A stretch of 64,000 nt of DNA from an uncultured Mycoplasma sp. (GCA_964430785.1 CAYSFJ010000001.1:4029-68028), one strand, 5' to 3'; counted from the stretch's first letter, positions 19,015 to 27,673 are shown. The notes: a model not told the origin generated them from the letters alone. Made by a program: numbers and translations.

Positions 19015-19223
19015 ATTTGGATATTATTAAAGAAAAAATATCTTCCTCAAGAGGAAGAAAAGTAAAAATAACTGTTTATGGACTTCGTAATAAAATAAGT
19101 TTCTATGAGGGAACTATTCATAAAATTTATCCCAATATTTTTACAATAGTTAATAATCAAGAAGAAAAAAGTTTTGCTTATCGAGATATTATAACAAAAG
19201 ATATAAAAATTATGTATATTTAA
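19011..19223 (+). CDS. veg: Veg (DUF1021) biofilm-stimulating protein
   Basis: 70 aa; pattern ..GRKVKITVYG..YEGTIHKIYPNIFTI..SFAYRDII matches Veg (..GKRLTLKANGG..ILAETYPSVFVI..SFERVSYSYADIL). Confidence 0.65.
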   Translation: MNLDIIKEKISSSRGRKVKITVYGLRNKISFYEGTIHKIYPNIFTIVNNQEEKSFAYRDIITKDIKIMYI

Positions 19224-19298
19224 TATTTTTCTCTTGATATTTGGAATTTTATAAGGTAAAATTAAATTGTGAATAAATGATAAAGGAGTGGTGAGTAA

Positions 19299-19568
19299 AT
19301 GGAAATTACATCAGTAAAAGTTCACAAAACTGAAAGAGAAGGTTCTAGATTGAAAGGATATGCAACAGTAACACTTGATGATTGCTTTGTTGTAAGAAAT
19401 ATCCGTATTATTGAAGGCGATGAAAAATTATTTATTGCTATGCCTAGTAAGAAGGTAAATGATGAACGTTATGAAGATACCTGTCATCCAATAAATGCAG
19501 AGACAAGAAAAATGTTCGAAGATAAAATTTTAGAAGAATATAAAAATCCTTCATCTAGTGAAGAATAA
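19299..19568 (+). CDS. spoVG: septation protein SpoVG
   Basis: MEITSVKVHKTEREGSRLKGYATVTLDDCFVVRNIRIIEG = near-identical to SpoVG family N-terminus. Confidence 0.9.
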   Translation: MEITSVKVHKTEREGSRLKGYATVTLDDCFVVRNIRIIEGDEKLFIAMPSKKVNDERYEDTCHPINAETRKMFEDKILEEYKNPSSSEE

Positions 19569-19577
19569 TAAAAAACA

Positions 19578-19601
19578 AAAAAGGCTTTGGCCTTTTTTTA
19601 A
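19578..19601 (+). terminator. intrinsic terminator after spoVG
   Basis: AAAGGC-TTTG-GCCTTT hairpin then TTTTT. Confidence 0.6.
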
Positions 19602-19649
19602 TTTCCTTCATTTTTATTTATTTAAATCATATAATTAAGTGGTGATGAT

Positions 19650-19928
19650 ATGAATGATATGATGGTTAATTCAAAGCATGAAGTAAAAATGATTGATAGA
19701 TCCATTTTAAATATAAGTGGTATTAAAAAAATAATTAATTTTGATAATAAAGAATTTATTGTCGAAAGCATAATGGGGCTTATTCATATTAAAGGCGAAA
19801 ATATGGAATTATTAAATCTTGATACTACAAATTTGTTACTTAAAATTAAAGGTAAAATTAATAGTTTTATTTATTTAGAAAAAAGTAATAAAAAAGAAGA
19901 AAGTATTATAGCAAGGCTTTTTAAATGA
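19650..19928 (+). CDS. yabP: sporulation protein YabP
   Basis: ..ISGIKKIINFDNKEFIVESIMGLIHIKGENMELLNLD matches YabP core (DISGVESVESFDNEEFLLQTVMGMLSIRGQNLHMKNL). Confidence 0.75.
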   Translation: MNDMMVNSKHEVKMIDRSILNISGIKKIINFDNKEFIVESIMGLIHIKGENMELLNLDTTNLLLKIKGKINSFIYLEKSNKKEESIIARLFK

Positions 19929-20233
19929 AACCATTATATATAATTTTAATTTTTTTTATTAGTTTTATTTATGGAGTACTTTTTTTTATATTATCTTTAT
20001 TAAATTATAAATTATTTAATAAATTCTCGTTATTTTTTAAATATCTTGTTACTTTATTATTTTCTTTTGATATTGCTATAATATATTTATTAATTGTATA
20101 TAAAATAAATTATGGAATATTTCATGTATATTATTTAATTTTTACAATTCTCGGATTTTTAGTAGCTTATAAACTTAAAAATAGAACTGTAAACTTATGT
20201 AAAATTATAAAAAATAAATTAAAAAAGCATTGA
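19925..20233 (+). CDS. yabQ: spore cortex biosynthesis membrane protein YabQ-like
   Basis: 102 aa, multi-TM, translationally coupled (ATGA overlap) to yabP as in B. subtilis yabP-yabQ-divIC. Confidence 0.45.
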   Translation: MKPLYIILIFFISFIYGVLFFILSLLNYKLFNKFSLFFKYLVTLLFSFDIAIIYLLIVYKINYGIFHVYYLIFTILGFLVAYKLKNRTVNLCKIIKNKLKKH

Positions 20234-20275
20234 CATATTTTCAAAATTAATTTATATATAATTTAGGAAGGTAAT

Positions 20276-20560
20276 ATGAAGACTAAAAAGGAGAAAAAGA
20301 GGTTATTTTTTATTAGTGTAATTATAATTTTTTTAATAGTTTTTTTGGGTGTTACTACATACAAAGATTTTTTAACAATTGTTAATAATAAAAAAGAAAC
20401 AAAAAAATTGAATGCTCAGTATGAAAAATTATTAGATGAAAAAAAATCCTTGACATCTGAAGTTACCAAAATGAAAGATCCAGAGTATTTAGCAAGATAT
20501 GCTAAAGAAAAGTTTCTATATTCAAAAGACGATGAAGTAATTATTCGTATAGAAGAATAA
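20276..20560 (+). CDS. divIC: septum formation initiator DivIC/FtsB-like
   Basis: 94 aa: basic N-terminus, single TM, coiled coil (LNAQYEKLLDEKKSLTSEVTKMKDPEY); follows yabQ. Confidence 0.55.
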   Translation: MKTKKEKKRLFFISVIIIFLIVFLGVTTYKDFLTIVNNKKETKKLNAQYEKLLDEKKSLTSEVTKMKDPEYLARYAKEKFLYSKDDEVIIRIEE

Positions 20561-21127
20561 TTATTTTTTTATAATATCATCAATTAATCCATATTCTTTT
20601 GCCTCTTTCGAAGACATATAATAGTCTTTACCAGTATCTTTTTCTATTTGTTTTATATTTTTACCTGTATTTTTAGACATTATTCTATTTATTTTTTCTT
20701 TAATTTTATTTATTCTCTCACTTTGAAGTTTTATGTTTCTTGCACTTCCCTCAAAACCTCCTATTACTTCATGAATCATTATTTCTGTATTTTCAAGGGC
20801 ATATCTTTTATATCCACTTGAAAGTAAAAATGCACCCATACTTGCACATAAACCCATTGCAATTGTTATAACATTACTTTTTATGAAATTCATTGTATCA
20901 TAAATTGCAAGACCAGATGTAACTGAACCTCCTGGAGAATTTATATATAGATAAATATCTTTATTATTTTCATTATCTAAGTAAAGTAATTGCCCAATAA
21001 TAATATTTGCTAAGTTATCATTAATTTCCCCATTTAAAAAGATTATTCTATTTGTTAATAATAAGGAATATAAGTCATAAGTTATTAATTGTTTATCATT
21101 TTGTTTCAAAATCATTGGTATGTTCAT
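20561..21127 (-). CDS. clpP: ATP-dependent Clp protease proteolytic subunit
   Basis: 188 aa; catalytic Ser in GLCASMGAF, His in IHEVIGG, Asp in GKDYYMS; YINSPGGSVTSGLAIYD core. Confidence 0.8.
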   Translation of the reverse strand: MNIPMILKQNDKQLITYDLYSLLLTNRIIFLNGEINDNLANIIIGQLLYLDNENNKDIYLYINSPGGSVTSGLAIYDTMNFIKSNVITIAMGLCASMGAFLLSSGYKRYALENTEIMIHEVIGGFEGSARNIKLQSERINKIKEKINRIMSKNTGKNIKQIEKDTGKDYYMSSKEAKEYGLIDDIIKK

Positions 21128-21233
21128 TTGTTCACCTAATTATATATTAATAAAAAAGTTAAAAATTTATTCATAAAATTTATAGATTTATAATAAAAAA
21201 TATAGTATTATTAAAATAGAAGGGATTGATAAA

Positions 21234-22883
21234 GTGAAAGAAATCATTATTACATTTGATGATGGAAGACATGTTTTAGTACCATATAATTCAACTTATT
21301 ATGATTTAAGTTTGAAAGAAACCAATTCAAATAATATTATTGGTGTTTTAATAGATGGTAAAGTTTTATCATTGAATGAAAAAATCACTAAAAATAATAT
21401 AATTAAATTTATAGATATTACAAATCCCTATGGAAATAGAATGTATGTAGCTGGTCTTAAAATGGTATTTGAACTTGCTACGAAAAAATGTTATCCAAAT
21501 ATTAAAGTTAATTATTCATATAATGTACCAAATGGAATTATAGCAAATTTAATTAGTAAAAATAAATTAGAAAAAAAAGATATTGAATTAATTATTAAAA
21601 TGGTTGATGAAATTATTAAAAAAAATATCCATTTTGAAAAATTAATTATTAAAAATAATGATGCAATAAATTATTATGAAGATATAGGTAATGTTGTAAA
21701 AGCGGATAATGTTAGAAATATTATAGATCCTACGGTAATATTATATGAGCTTGATGATTTAGTAAATTACTATTATTCTGAAATGCCATATAGTACTGGA
21801 ACACTTAATAAATATGAAATAAAATATTTAGGAAATAATAGAGTAGTAATAATAATTCCTAGTGTAAATTCAGATGGCTATTTACCAAACTATGTTAATT
21901 ATGATGGTATTGTAAATGCCTATGTAGATGGTCAAAAATGGTTAGATATTATGAATGTTCCTTTTATAAAAGATGTTAATAAGGAAATTTGTAATGGAAA
22001 TATAGAAAATTTTATTAAATCATGTGAATTAAATTTTAATATTGAGATAAATGAGACAGCAAAAATAGTTTCACAAAATAAAGAATTAAAATATGTGATG
22101 ATTTCTGGTCCATCTTCAAGTGGAAAAACAACAATTACAAAAAGGCTAGGTTCTTATTTTAAAATATATGGATTAGATCCAATTATAATATCATTAGATG
22201 ATTATTATAAAGAAAGGGTAGATAGTCCAAAAGATAAAAATGGAGAATATGATTTTGAATGTCTAGAGTGTACTGATTTAGATTATTTAAAAAAAGATAT
22301 TACTAAACTTTTAAATGGTCAAGAAATAACACTTCCAAGATTTAATTTTGTAACTGGCTGTAAAGAGCTTACTTCAAAAAAAATTAAACTTAAAGAAAAT
22401 AGTATTATTCTTTTTGAAGGATTACATGCTATTAATAATGGAATGCTTCCATTTATTCCAGATAAGTCAAAATATAAAATTTATGTTAGCCCATTTATTC
22501 CACTTAGTATAGATGAACATAATTATATATCAAATGCTGATTTAAGGCTTTTGAGAAGAATTGTCAGAGATTTTCGAACTAGAGGATATGATGTATCCAC
22601 TACGATAAAAAATTCTAGAAAGGTTACTATGGGTGAAGATAAATATATTATACCTTTAATACCTGAAGCAGATAAAATTATAAATACTTCATTATCATAT
22701 GAAGTTGGTATATTAAAAGTATTTGTAGAACCATTACTTTATTCGGTTCCAAGTACATCGCAGTATTATAGTGAAGCAAGAAGATTACTTAGATTTTTAA
22801 ATGGATTTTTCACAATAAGTGGTGAATATGTTCCAAAAGATTCAATTTTAAGAGAGTTTATAGGAGGTAGTGAATATGATTAA
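21234..22883 (+). CDS. nucleoside (uridine-type) kinase with N-terminal TGS domain
   Basis: N-terminal ~60 aa TGS-like beta-grasp (IITFDDGRHVLVPYNSTYYDL); central Walker A ISGPSSSGKTTITKRL typical of uridine kinase/PRK family; GTG start. Confidence 0.6.
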   Translation: MKEIIITFDDGRHVLVPYNSTYYDLSLKETNSNNIIGVLIDGKVLSLNEKITKNNIIKFIDITNPYGNRMYVAGLKMVFELATKKCYPNIKVNYSYNVPNGIIANLISKNKLEKKDIELIIKMVDEIIKKNIHFEKLIIKNNDAINYYEDIGNVVKADNVRNIIDPTVILYELDDLVNYYYSEMPYSTGTLNKYEIKYLGNNRVVIIIPSVNSDGYLPNYVNYDGIVNAYVDGQKWLDIMNVPFIKDVNKEICNGNIENFIKSCELNFNIEINETAKIVSQNKELKYVMISGPSSSGKTTITKRLGSYFKIYGLDPIIISLDDYYKERVDSPKDKNGEYDFECLECTDLDYLKKDITKLLNGQEITLPRFNFVTGCKELTSKKIKLKENSIILFEGLHAINNGMLPFIPDKSKYKIYVSPFIPLSIDEHNYISNADLRLLRRIVRDFRTRGYDVSTTIKNSRKVTMGEDKYIIPLIPEADKIINTSLSYEVGILKVFVEPLLYSVPSTSQYYSEARRLLRFLNGFFTISGEYVPKDSILREFIGGSEYD

Positions 22884-23883
22884 AGTTGCAATTAATGGTT
22901 TTGGTAGAATAGGAAGAATAGCATTTAGGCAAATGATAACAGATCCTAATTTTGATATTGTTGCTATAAATAATTTAGATATGAGTGCCAAGGATGCTGC
23001 ATATTTAATAAAATATGATAGTGTTCATGGAACATTTCATGAAAATGAGATAACTTATAAAGATGATAATATAGTTATATCTAATGTTAAGTTTATAAAG
23101 GTTTTTAATGAAAAAGATCCTGTTAATTTGCCATGGGAAAGTTTAAATGTTGATTTAGTTTTAGAGTGTACTGGTGCATTTACTTCTAAAGAAAAAGCAA
23201 GTGTACATATAACTTCAGGTGCAAAAAAAGTTTTAATTTCTGCACCTGGTAAAGACGAAATGCCCACTATAGTAAATGGTGTAAATGATGATATATTAAC
23301 TGGAAAGGAAACAGTTGTTAGTGCATCAAGTTGTACAACAAATTGTTTAGCACCACTTTTAAAAATAATTGAGAATAACTTTGGTATAGAAAAAGGATTT
23401 ATGAGTACAATTCATGCATATACAGCAGATCAAAATGCTATGGATAACATGCATAAAAAAGGAATAAATTCTCGTAGGGGAAGAGCAAGTGCATATAATA
23501 TTGTACCTACATCAACTGGAGCTGCAAAGTCAATAGGTCTAGTTATTCCAAACTTAAAAGGTAAATTAGATGGAATAGCATATAGAGTTCCCACTATAGA
23601 TGGATCTATGATTGACGTAACTTTAGAACTAAAAAAAAGAGTTACTATTGATGAAATAAATGAGACTATAAAAAATAATCAAAATGATGCAATAAAATAC
23701 ACTGAAGATGCAATAGTATCAAGTGATATAATAGGTAAAAGGGTAGGTTGTACTTTTGATTCACTATTAACAAATGTAGTCGATGTAGAGGGAAAACAAT
23801 TAGTTAAGCTAGTAGGTTGGTATGATAATGAATATGGTTATACATATCAAATGTTATCTACAGCAAAAAAAATGTTTAAATAA
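22876..23883 (+). CDS. gap: glyceraldehyde-3-phosphate dehydrogenase
   Basis: INGFGRIGR NAD-binding motif, catalytic ASCTTNCLAP, C-terminal WYDNEYGY. Confidence 0.9.
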   Translation: MIKVAINGFGRIGRIAFRQMITDPNFDIVAINNLDMSAKDAAYLIKYDSVHGTFHENEITYKDDNIVISNVKFIKVFNEKDPVNLPWESLNVDLVLECTGAFTSKEKASVHITSGAKKVLISAPGKDEMPTIVNGVNDDILTGKETVVSASSCTTNCLAPLLKIIENNFGIEKGFMSTIHAYTADQNAMDNMHKKGINSRRGRASAYNIVPTSTGAAKSIGLVIPNLKGKLDGIAYRVPTIDGSMIDVTLELKKRVTIDEINETIKNNQNDAIKYTEDAIVSSDIIGKRVGCTFDSLLTNVVDVEGKQLVKLVGWYDNEYGYTYQMLSTAKKMFK

Positions 23884-23897
23884 AAGTGAGTTGTTTT

Positions 23898-25034
23898 ATG
23901 AAATTTATTGATGAAGAAAATATAGAAAATAAAAACGTTATATTAAGATGTGATTTTAATGTTCCAATTGAAAATGGTAAAGTTTTAGATGATACTAAAA
24001 TAAAAAAGAGTTTAAAAACTATAAATTATCTACTTGATAAAAACTGTAGTTTAATATTACTTAGTCATTTAGGAAGAATAAAAAGTAAAAAAGATAAAAT
24101 AGAAAATAGCTTATCACCTGTTAAAAATACATTAACTAATTTATTAAACAGGGAAGTAAAATTTATTAATAGTCCAGTTGGTATGGATGTTATTAATGAA
24201 TGTAAAAATTTAAGTTCTGGTCAAATTATACTTTTAGAAAATACTCGTTTTTGTGATTATCCAGAAAAATTAGAAAGTCATAATGATTTAAATCTAGCAA
24301 AATATTGGTCTGTTTTAGCAGATGTGTTTGTAGTTGATGCATTTGCTTCTTTACATAGAGTGCATACTTCTGTTGCTGGTATATCTAATTATTTGCCTAC
24401 ATATTATGGCTTTCTTGTAAAAGAGGAAATATCTAATTTAAATCCTCTTATTGAAAATATACAAAGACCATATACCGTGTTTATGGGCGGTGCAAAAGTT
24501 GATGATAAACTTGTTTACATAAAAGGATTACTTGAAAAGTGTGATTATCTTTTAGTAGGAGGAGGTATAGCTAATTCATTTTTGTATGCGTGTGGTTTTG
24601 ATGTAATGGATAGTTTATGCACTAGTGATGAAATAACATTATTAGAAATTAAAAATTTGATGAAAGAATATAGGGATAAAATTGTTTTACCAATAGATTT
24701 TGTAATTGAGGAAGACAAAATATTAGATTTAAATACAAAGTCAATAAAAAAATATATTTCTTATTTTGAAAAAAGTAAAACCATCTTTATTAATGGAACT
24801 GTTGGCCTTTTTGAAGATAAACGTTTTATAGTGGGAACATTTAATTTGTTTAATAGTTTAAAAAATATAAATGCATATAAAGTTGCTGGTGGTGGTGATA
24901 CACTAAATGCAATTAATACATTCAAACTAGACAAAAATTTTACATATCTTTCAAGTGGTGGAGGAGCAAGTTTAGAGTATATTAGTTCATCTCATCTTGA
25001 GGCTATTGATTATATAGATAATAGTAAAGATTAA
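23898..25034 (+). CDS. pgk: phosphoglycerate kinase
   Basis: RCDFNVP, LSHLGR, GGAKVDDK, GGGD, SSGGGASLE signatures; stand-alone (no Tpi fusion). Confidence 0.85.
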   Translation: MKFIDEENIENKNVILRCDFNVPIENGKVLDDTKIKKSLKTINYLLDKNCSLILLSHLGRIKSKKDKIENSLSPVKNTLTNLLNREVKFINSPVGMDVINECKNLSSGQIILLENTRFCDYPEKLESHNDLNLAKYWSVLADVFVVDAFASLHRVHTSVAGISNYLPTYYGFLVKEEISNLNPLIENIQRPYTVFMGGAKVDDKLVYIKGLLEKCDYLLVGGGIANSFLYACGFDVMDSLCTSDEITLLEIKNLMKEYRDKIVLPIDFVIEEDKILDLNTKSIKKYISYFEKSKTIFINGTVGLFEDKRFIVGTFNLFNSLKNINAYKVAGGGDTLNAINTFKLDKNFTYLSSGGGASLEYISSSHLEAIDYIDNSKD

Positions 25035-25040
25035 TATTTT

Positions 25041-25047
25041 TTCGACA
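25041..25047 (-). promoter_or_regulatory. Spo0A-binding 0A box (TGTCGAA on - strand) in spo0A upstream region
   Basis: TTCGACA on + strand = reverse complement of consensus 0A box TGTCGAA; ~120 bp upstream of spo0A start, followed by TTTGACA (near-0A box / -35-like). Confidence 0.4.
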
Positions 25048-25164
25048 AAATTTGACATATTTTTACGTAAAGTGACAAAATCTTACAATATTTGCTATTG
25101 TATTTTGTAAATTTATAGTGTAACATGTATCTTGTGTGAGCGATTTGTTGGAAAAGAGGAAAAA

Positions 25165-25917
25165 ATGAATAAACCCATAAAAATTATAATTATTGATGAT
25201 AACATAGTAGCAATAGATTCGATTAGAAAACATTTTGCTAACAATGATGATATTAAAATAATAGCGACATTTAATAACGGAGAGGAAGCTTTACAGTATA
25301 TAGTAAACCATTCAAGTGAAATAGATATTACTATTTTGGAATTAATATTGCCAAGATTAGATGGTGTTTCATTACTTGATGAAATAAAGAATAGAAATAT
25401 AAAAATAAATGTTATTGTTACTTCAAATTATAAAGATAATCATGTAATTTCTAATAGTGAAGCATATAATATTTCATGTTATTTATTAAAACCATATAGT
25501 ATGATATCGCTTGAAAAAAGAATTAAAGATGCAATGACCAAGAAATATAATAATCCGTTTGGAGGCAATAATATAGATTTAGATATTAGTCAACTACTAC
25601 ATAATTTAGGTATACCATCACATGTTAAAGGTTATAAATATATTAGGGAGTGTATTATGATAGCTTGCAAAACAAATAAATGCTTACATGTAACTAAGGA
25701 TTTATATCCTGAAGTATCGGTTATTTATGAAACAACCTCTTCGAGGGTAGAAAGAGCAATTAGACATGCAATAGAAATAAGCTGGGTTCGAGGTGACATT
25801 AAGCTTATGGATGAATTATTTGGCTTTAGTGTTAGTGTTGAAAAGTCAAAACCGACTAATTCAGAATTTATATCTACCATTGCAGATAGAATAAAGTTAG
25901 ATTGTAAATTAATATAA
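25165..25917 (+). CDS. spo0A: sporulation master regulator Spo0A (receiver domain + Spo0A_C DNA-binding domain) with Glu at the phospho-acceptor position
   Basis: C-terminal domain carries the Spo0A-specific signature GIPSHVKGYKYIRECI..TTSSRVERAIRHAIEISW..SKPTNSEFI; receiver domain IIIIDDN..ITILELILPRLDG..LLKPY; AAGAGGA RBS before ATG 25165. Confidence 0.85.
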   Translation: MNKPIKIIIIDDNIVAIDSIRKHFANNDDIKIIATFNNGEEALQYIVNHSSEIDITILELILPRLDGVSLLDEIKNRNIKINVIVTSNYKDNHVISNSEAYNISCYLLKPYSMISLEKRIKDAMTKKYNNPFGGNNIDLDISQLLHNLGIPSHVKGYKYIRECIMIACKTNKCLHVTKDLYPEVSVIYETTSSRVERAIRHAIEISWVRGDIKLMDELFGFSVSVEKSKPTNSEFISTIADRIKLDCKLI

Positions 25918-25994
25918 AGTATTGCTTCGGTAATATTTTTTATTTGCTATTTTATTAATCATGTGATATTATTTTCCTAGAAAGAATTGTGATT

Positions 25995-27497
25995 ATGAAA
26001 AAGATTTTAACTATAATATTTGATGGCTTTGGAATGAAAGAAAGTGACTATGGTAATGCTATTATAAAAGCTAATATGGTTAATTTTAATAAATTCTATA
26101 ATGAAAATCCTCATACTACTTTATTTGCAAGTGGTCGCTATGTTGGACTTCATGATGGACAATTTGGCAATAGTGAAGTAGGACATCAAACTATAGGTGC
26201 GGGTAGGCTTATTAAAAGTAGAGAAGTATTAACTGATGAATATTTAGATAATATAAATTTGACTGATGATGAAAATATTCAAAAGCTTAAAAGTTTAACA
26301 GGAAGACGCATTCATTTAATGGGACTTGCAAGTGATGGAAATGTTCATGCTGGTATTGATGACTTTTTAAAAATGTATGAATATTTAATAAAAATTGGTT
26401 TTACAAAAATCTTTTTTCATTTAATTACAGATGGAAGAGATACACCTAGTAATTCATCAAATAATTTTATATCATTAATAGAAAAAAATATTCAAAAAAA
26501 TAAAGTAGGAACAATTTCCTCTATTTGTGGTAGATATTATGCAATGGATCGTGATAAAAATTATGATAGAACGAAAATTTATTATGATTTAATAACCACT
26601 GGTAGAGGTGTTGAAATTCTAAATATAGAAAATGCTATAAAATCAAGTTATGAAAAGGGAATAACTGATGAGTTTTTAAGACCTATGATGATTAATAATG
26701 AAGGAATAGTTAAAGACGGTGATGTACTTATTTGGATGAATTATCGTTCAGATAGAAGTAAACAAATATTACTTGCATTAACAAATCCTAAGTTTGCTGA
26801 ATTTGATGTTACATTGATGCCCAATCTTGAAGTATTTACATTTTTTAATCATGATAAACAGATCAAAGCAAATGTATTAATAAATGAACCAGATATTAGT
26901 AATAGTTTAGGAATATATTTATCTAAATTAGGTATGACGCAGGCCAGAATTGCAGAAAGTGAAAAATACCCTCATGTTACATATTTTTTTGATGAAGGTT
27001 ATGAAGAAAAAATTGATGGCGTTGATAAGTTTCATATTCCATCTCCAGAGGTTGCTACTTATGATTTAAAACCCGAAATGAGTGCTGTAGGTGTAACAAA
27101 GAAAGTTATTAGTGCTATAGAACATGATTATGATTTTATACTAGTAAATTTTGCTAATCCAGATATGGTTGGTCATACTGGAAATATGGATGCAGCCACT
27201 AAGGCATGTATGGCAGTGGACATATGTTTTAGTAAAATTTTGCAAGTTGCTGAAGATAATTTCTATACAGTTATTCTTTTGGCAGATCATGGAAATGCAG
27301 ATACTATGCTTTATGAAGATGGTACGCCTTGTACTACACATAGTTATGAAAAGGTACCTTTTGTAATAAACGACCATAAAATTAAATTAAAAGATGGTGG
27401 AGATTTAACAAATGTAGCACCAACAATACTTGATTATATGGATATAAGTATACCAATAGAAATGACTAGTTACTCATTAATTGAAAGTGGAGAATAA
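25995..27497 (+). CDS. gpmI: 2,3-bisphosphoglycerate-independent phosphoglycerate mutase
   Basis: ~500 aa, alkaline-phosphatase-like iPGM: N-terminal ILTIIFDGFG, metal ligands ..ADHGNAD..; usual partner of gap-pgk operon. Confidence 0.85.
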   Translation: MKKILTIIFDGFGMKESDYGNAIIKANMVNFNKFYNENPHTTLFASGRYVGLHDGQFGNSEVGHQTIGAGRLIKSREVLTDEYLDNINLTDDENIQKLKSLTGRRIHLMGLASDGNVHAGIDDFLKMYEYLIKIGFTKIFFHLITDGRDTPSNSSNNFISLIEKNIQKNKVGTISSICGRYYAMDRDKNYDRTKIYYDLITTGRGVEILNIENAIKSSYEKGITDEFLRPMMINNEGIVKDGDVLIWMNYRSDRSKQILLALTNPKFAEFDVTLMPNLEVFTFFNHDKQIKANVLINEPDISNSLGIYLSKLGMTQARIAESEKYPHVTYFFDEGYEEKIDGVDKFHIPSPEVATYDLKPEMSAVGVTKKVISAIEHDYDFILVNFANPDMVGHTGNMDAATKACMAVDICFSKILQVAEDNFYTVILLADHGNADTMLYEDGTPCTTHSYEKVPFVINDHKIKLKDGGDLTNVAPTILDYMDISIPIEMTSYSLIESGE

Positions 27498-27640
27498 CAT
27501 CTTCATTTTTTATTGTTGCTTTGTTTTAAAATATATATTTTATATAAAATTTATAATATTTTTTTAAAGTGGTACATAAATTAATAAAATAGTTAAAAAA
27601 TAAGAGAAAATATCTTTATTGTAAATTAAAAAAACTAATA

Positions 27641-27673
27641 AGATGAAATTACAATTGTATTTTTCATCTTTTT
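27641..27673 (+). terminator. intrinsic terminator-like hairpin in gpmI-rpsJ spacer
   Basis: AGATGAAA-(12 nt)-TTTCATCT followed by TTTTTAG, ~145 bp after gpmI stop. Confidence 0.4.

Noticed and set aside
25035-25164. Sigma-H type promoter (RnAGGAwww..GAAT) for spo0A as in B. subtilis Ps
   Set aside because: No GAAT-type -10 with a suitable AGGA -35 was found in this spacer. Only the 0A box and sigma-A-like hexamers are reported.
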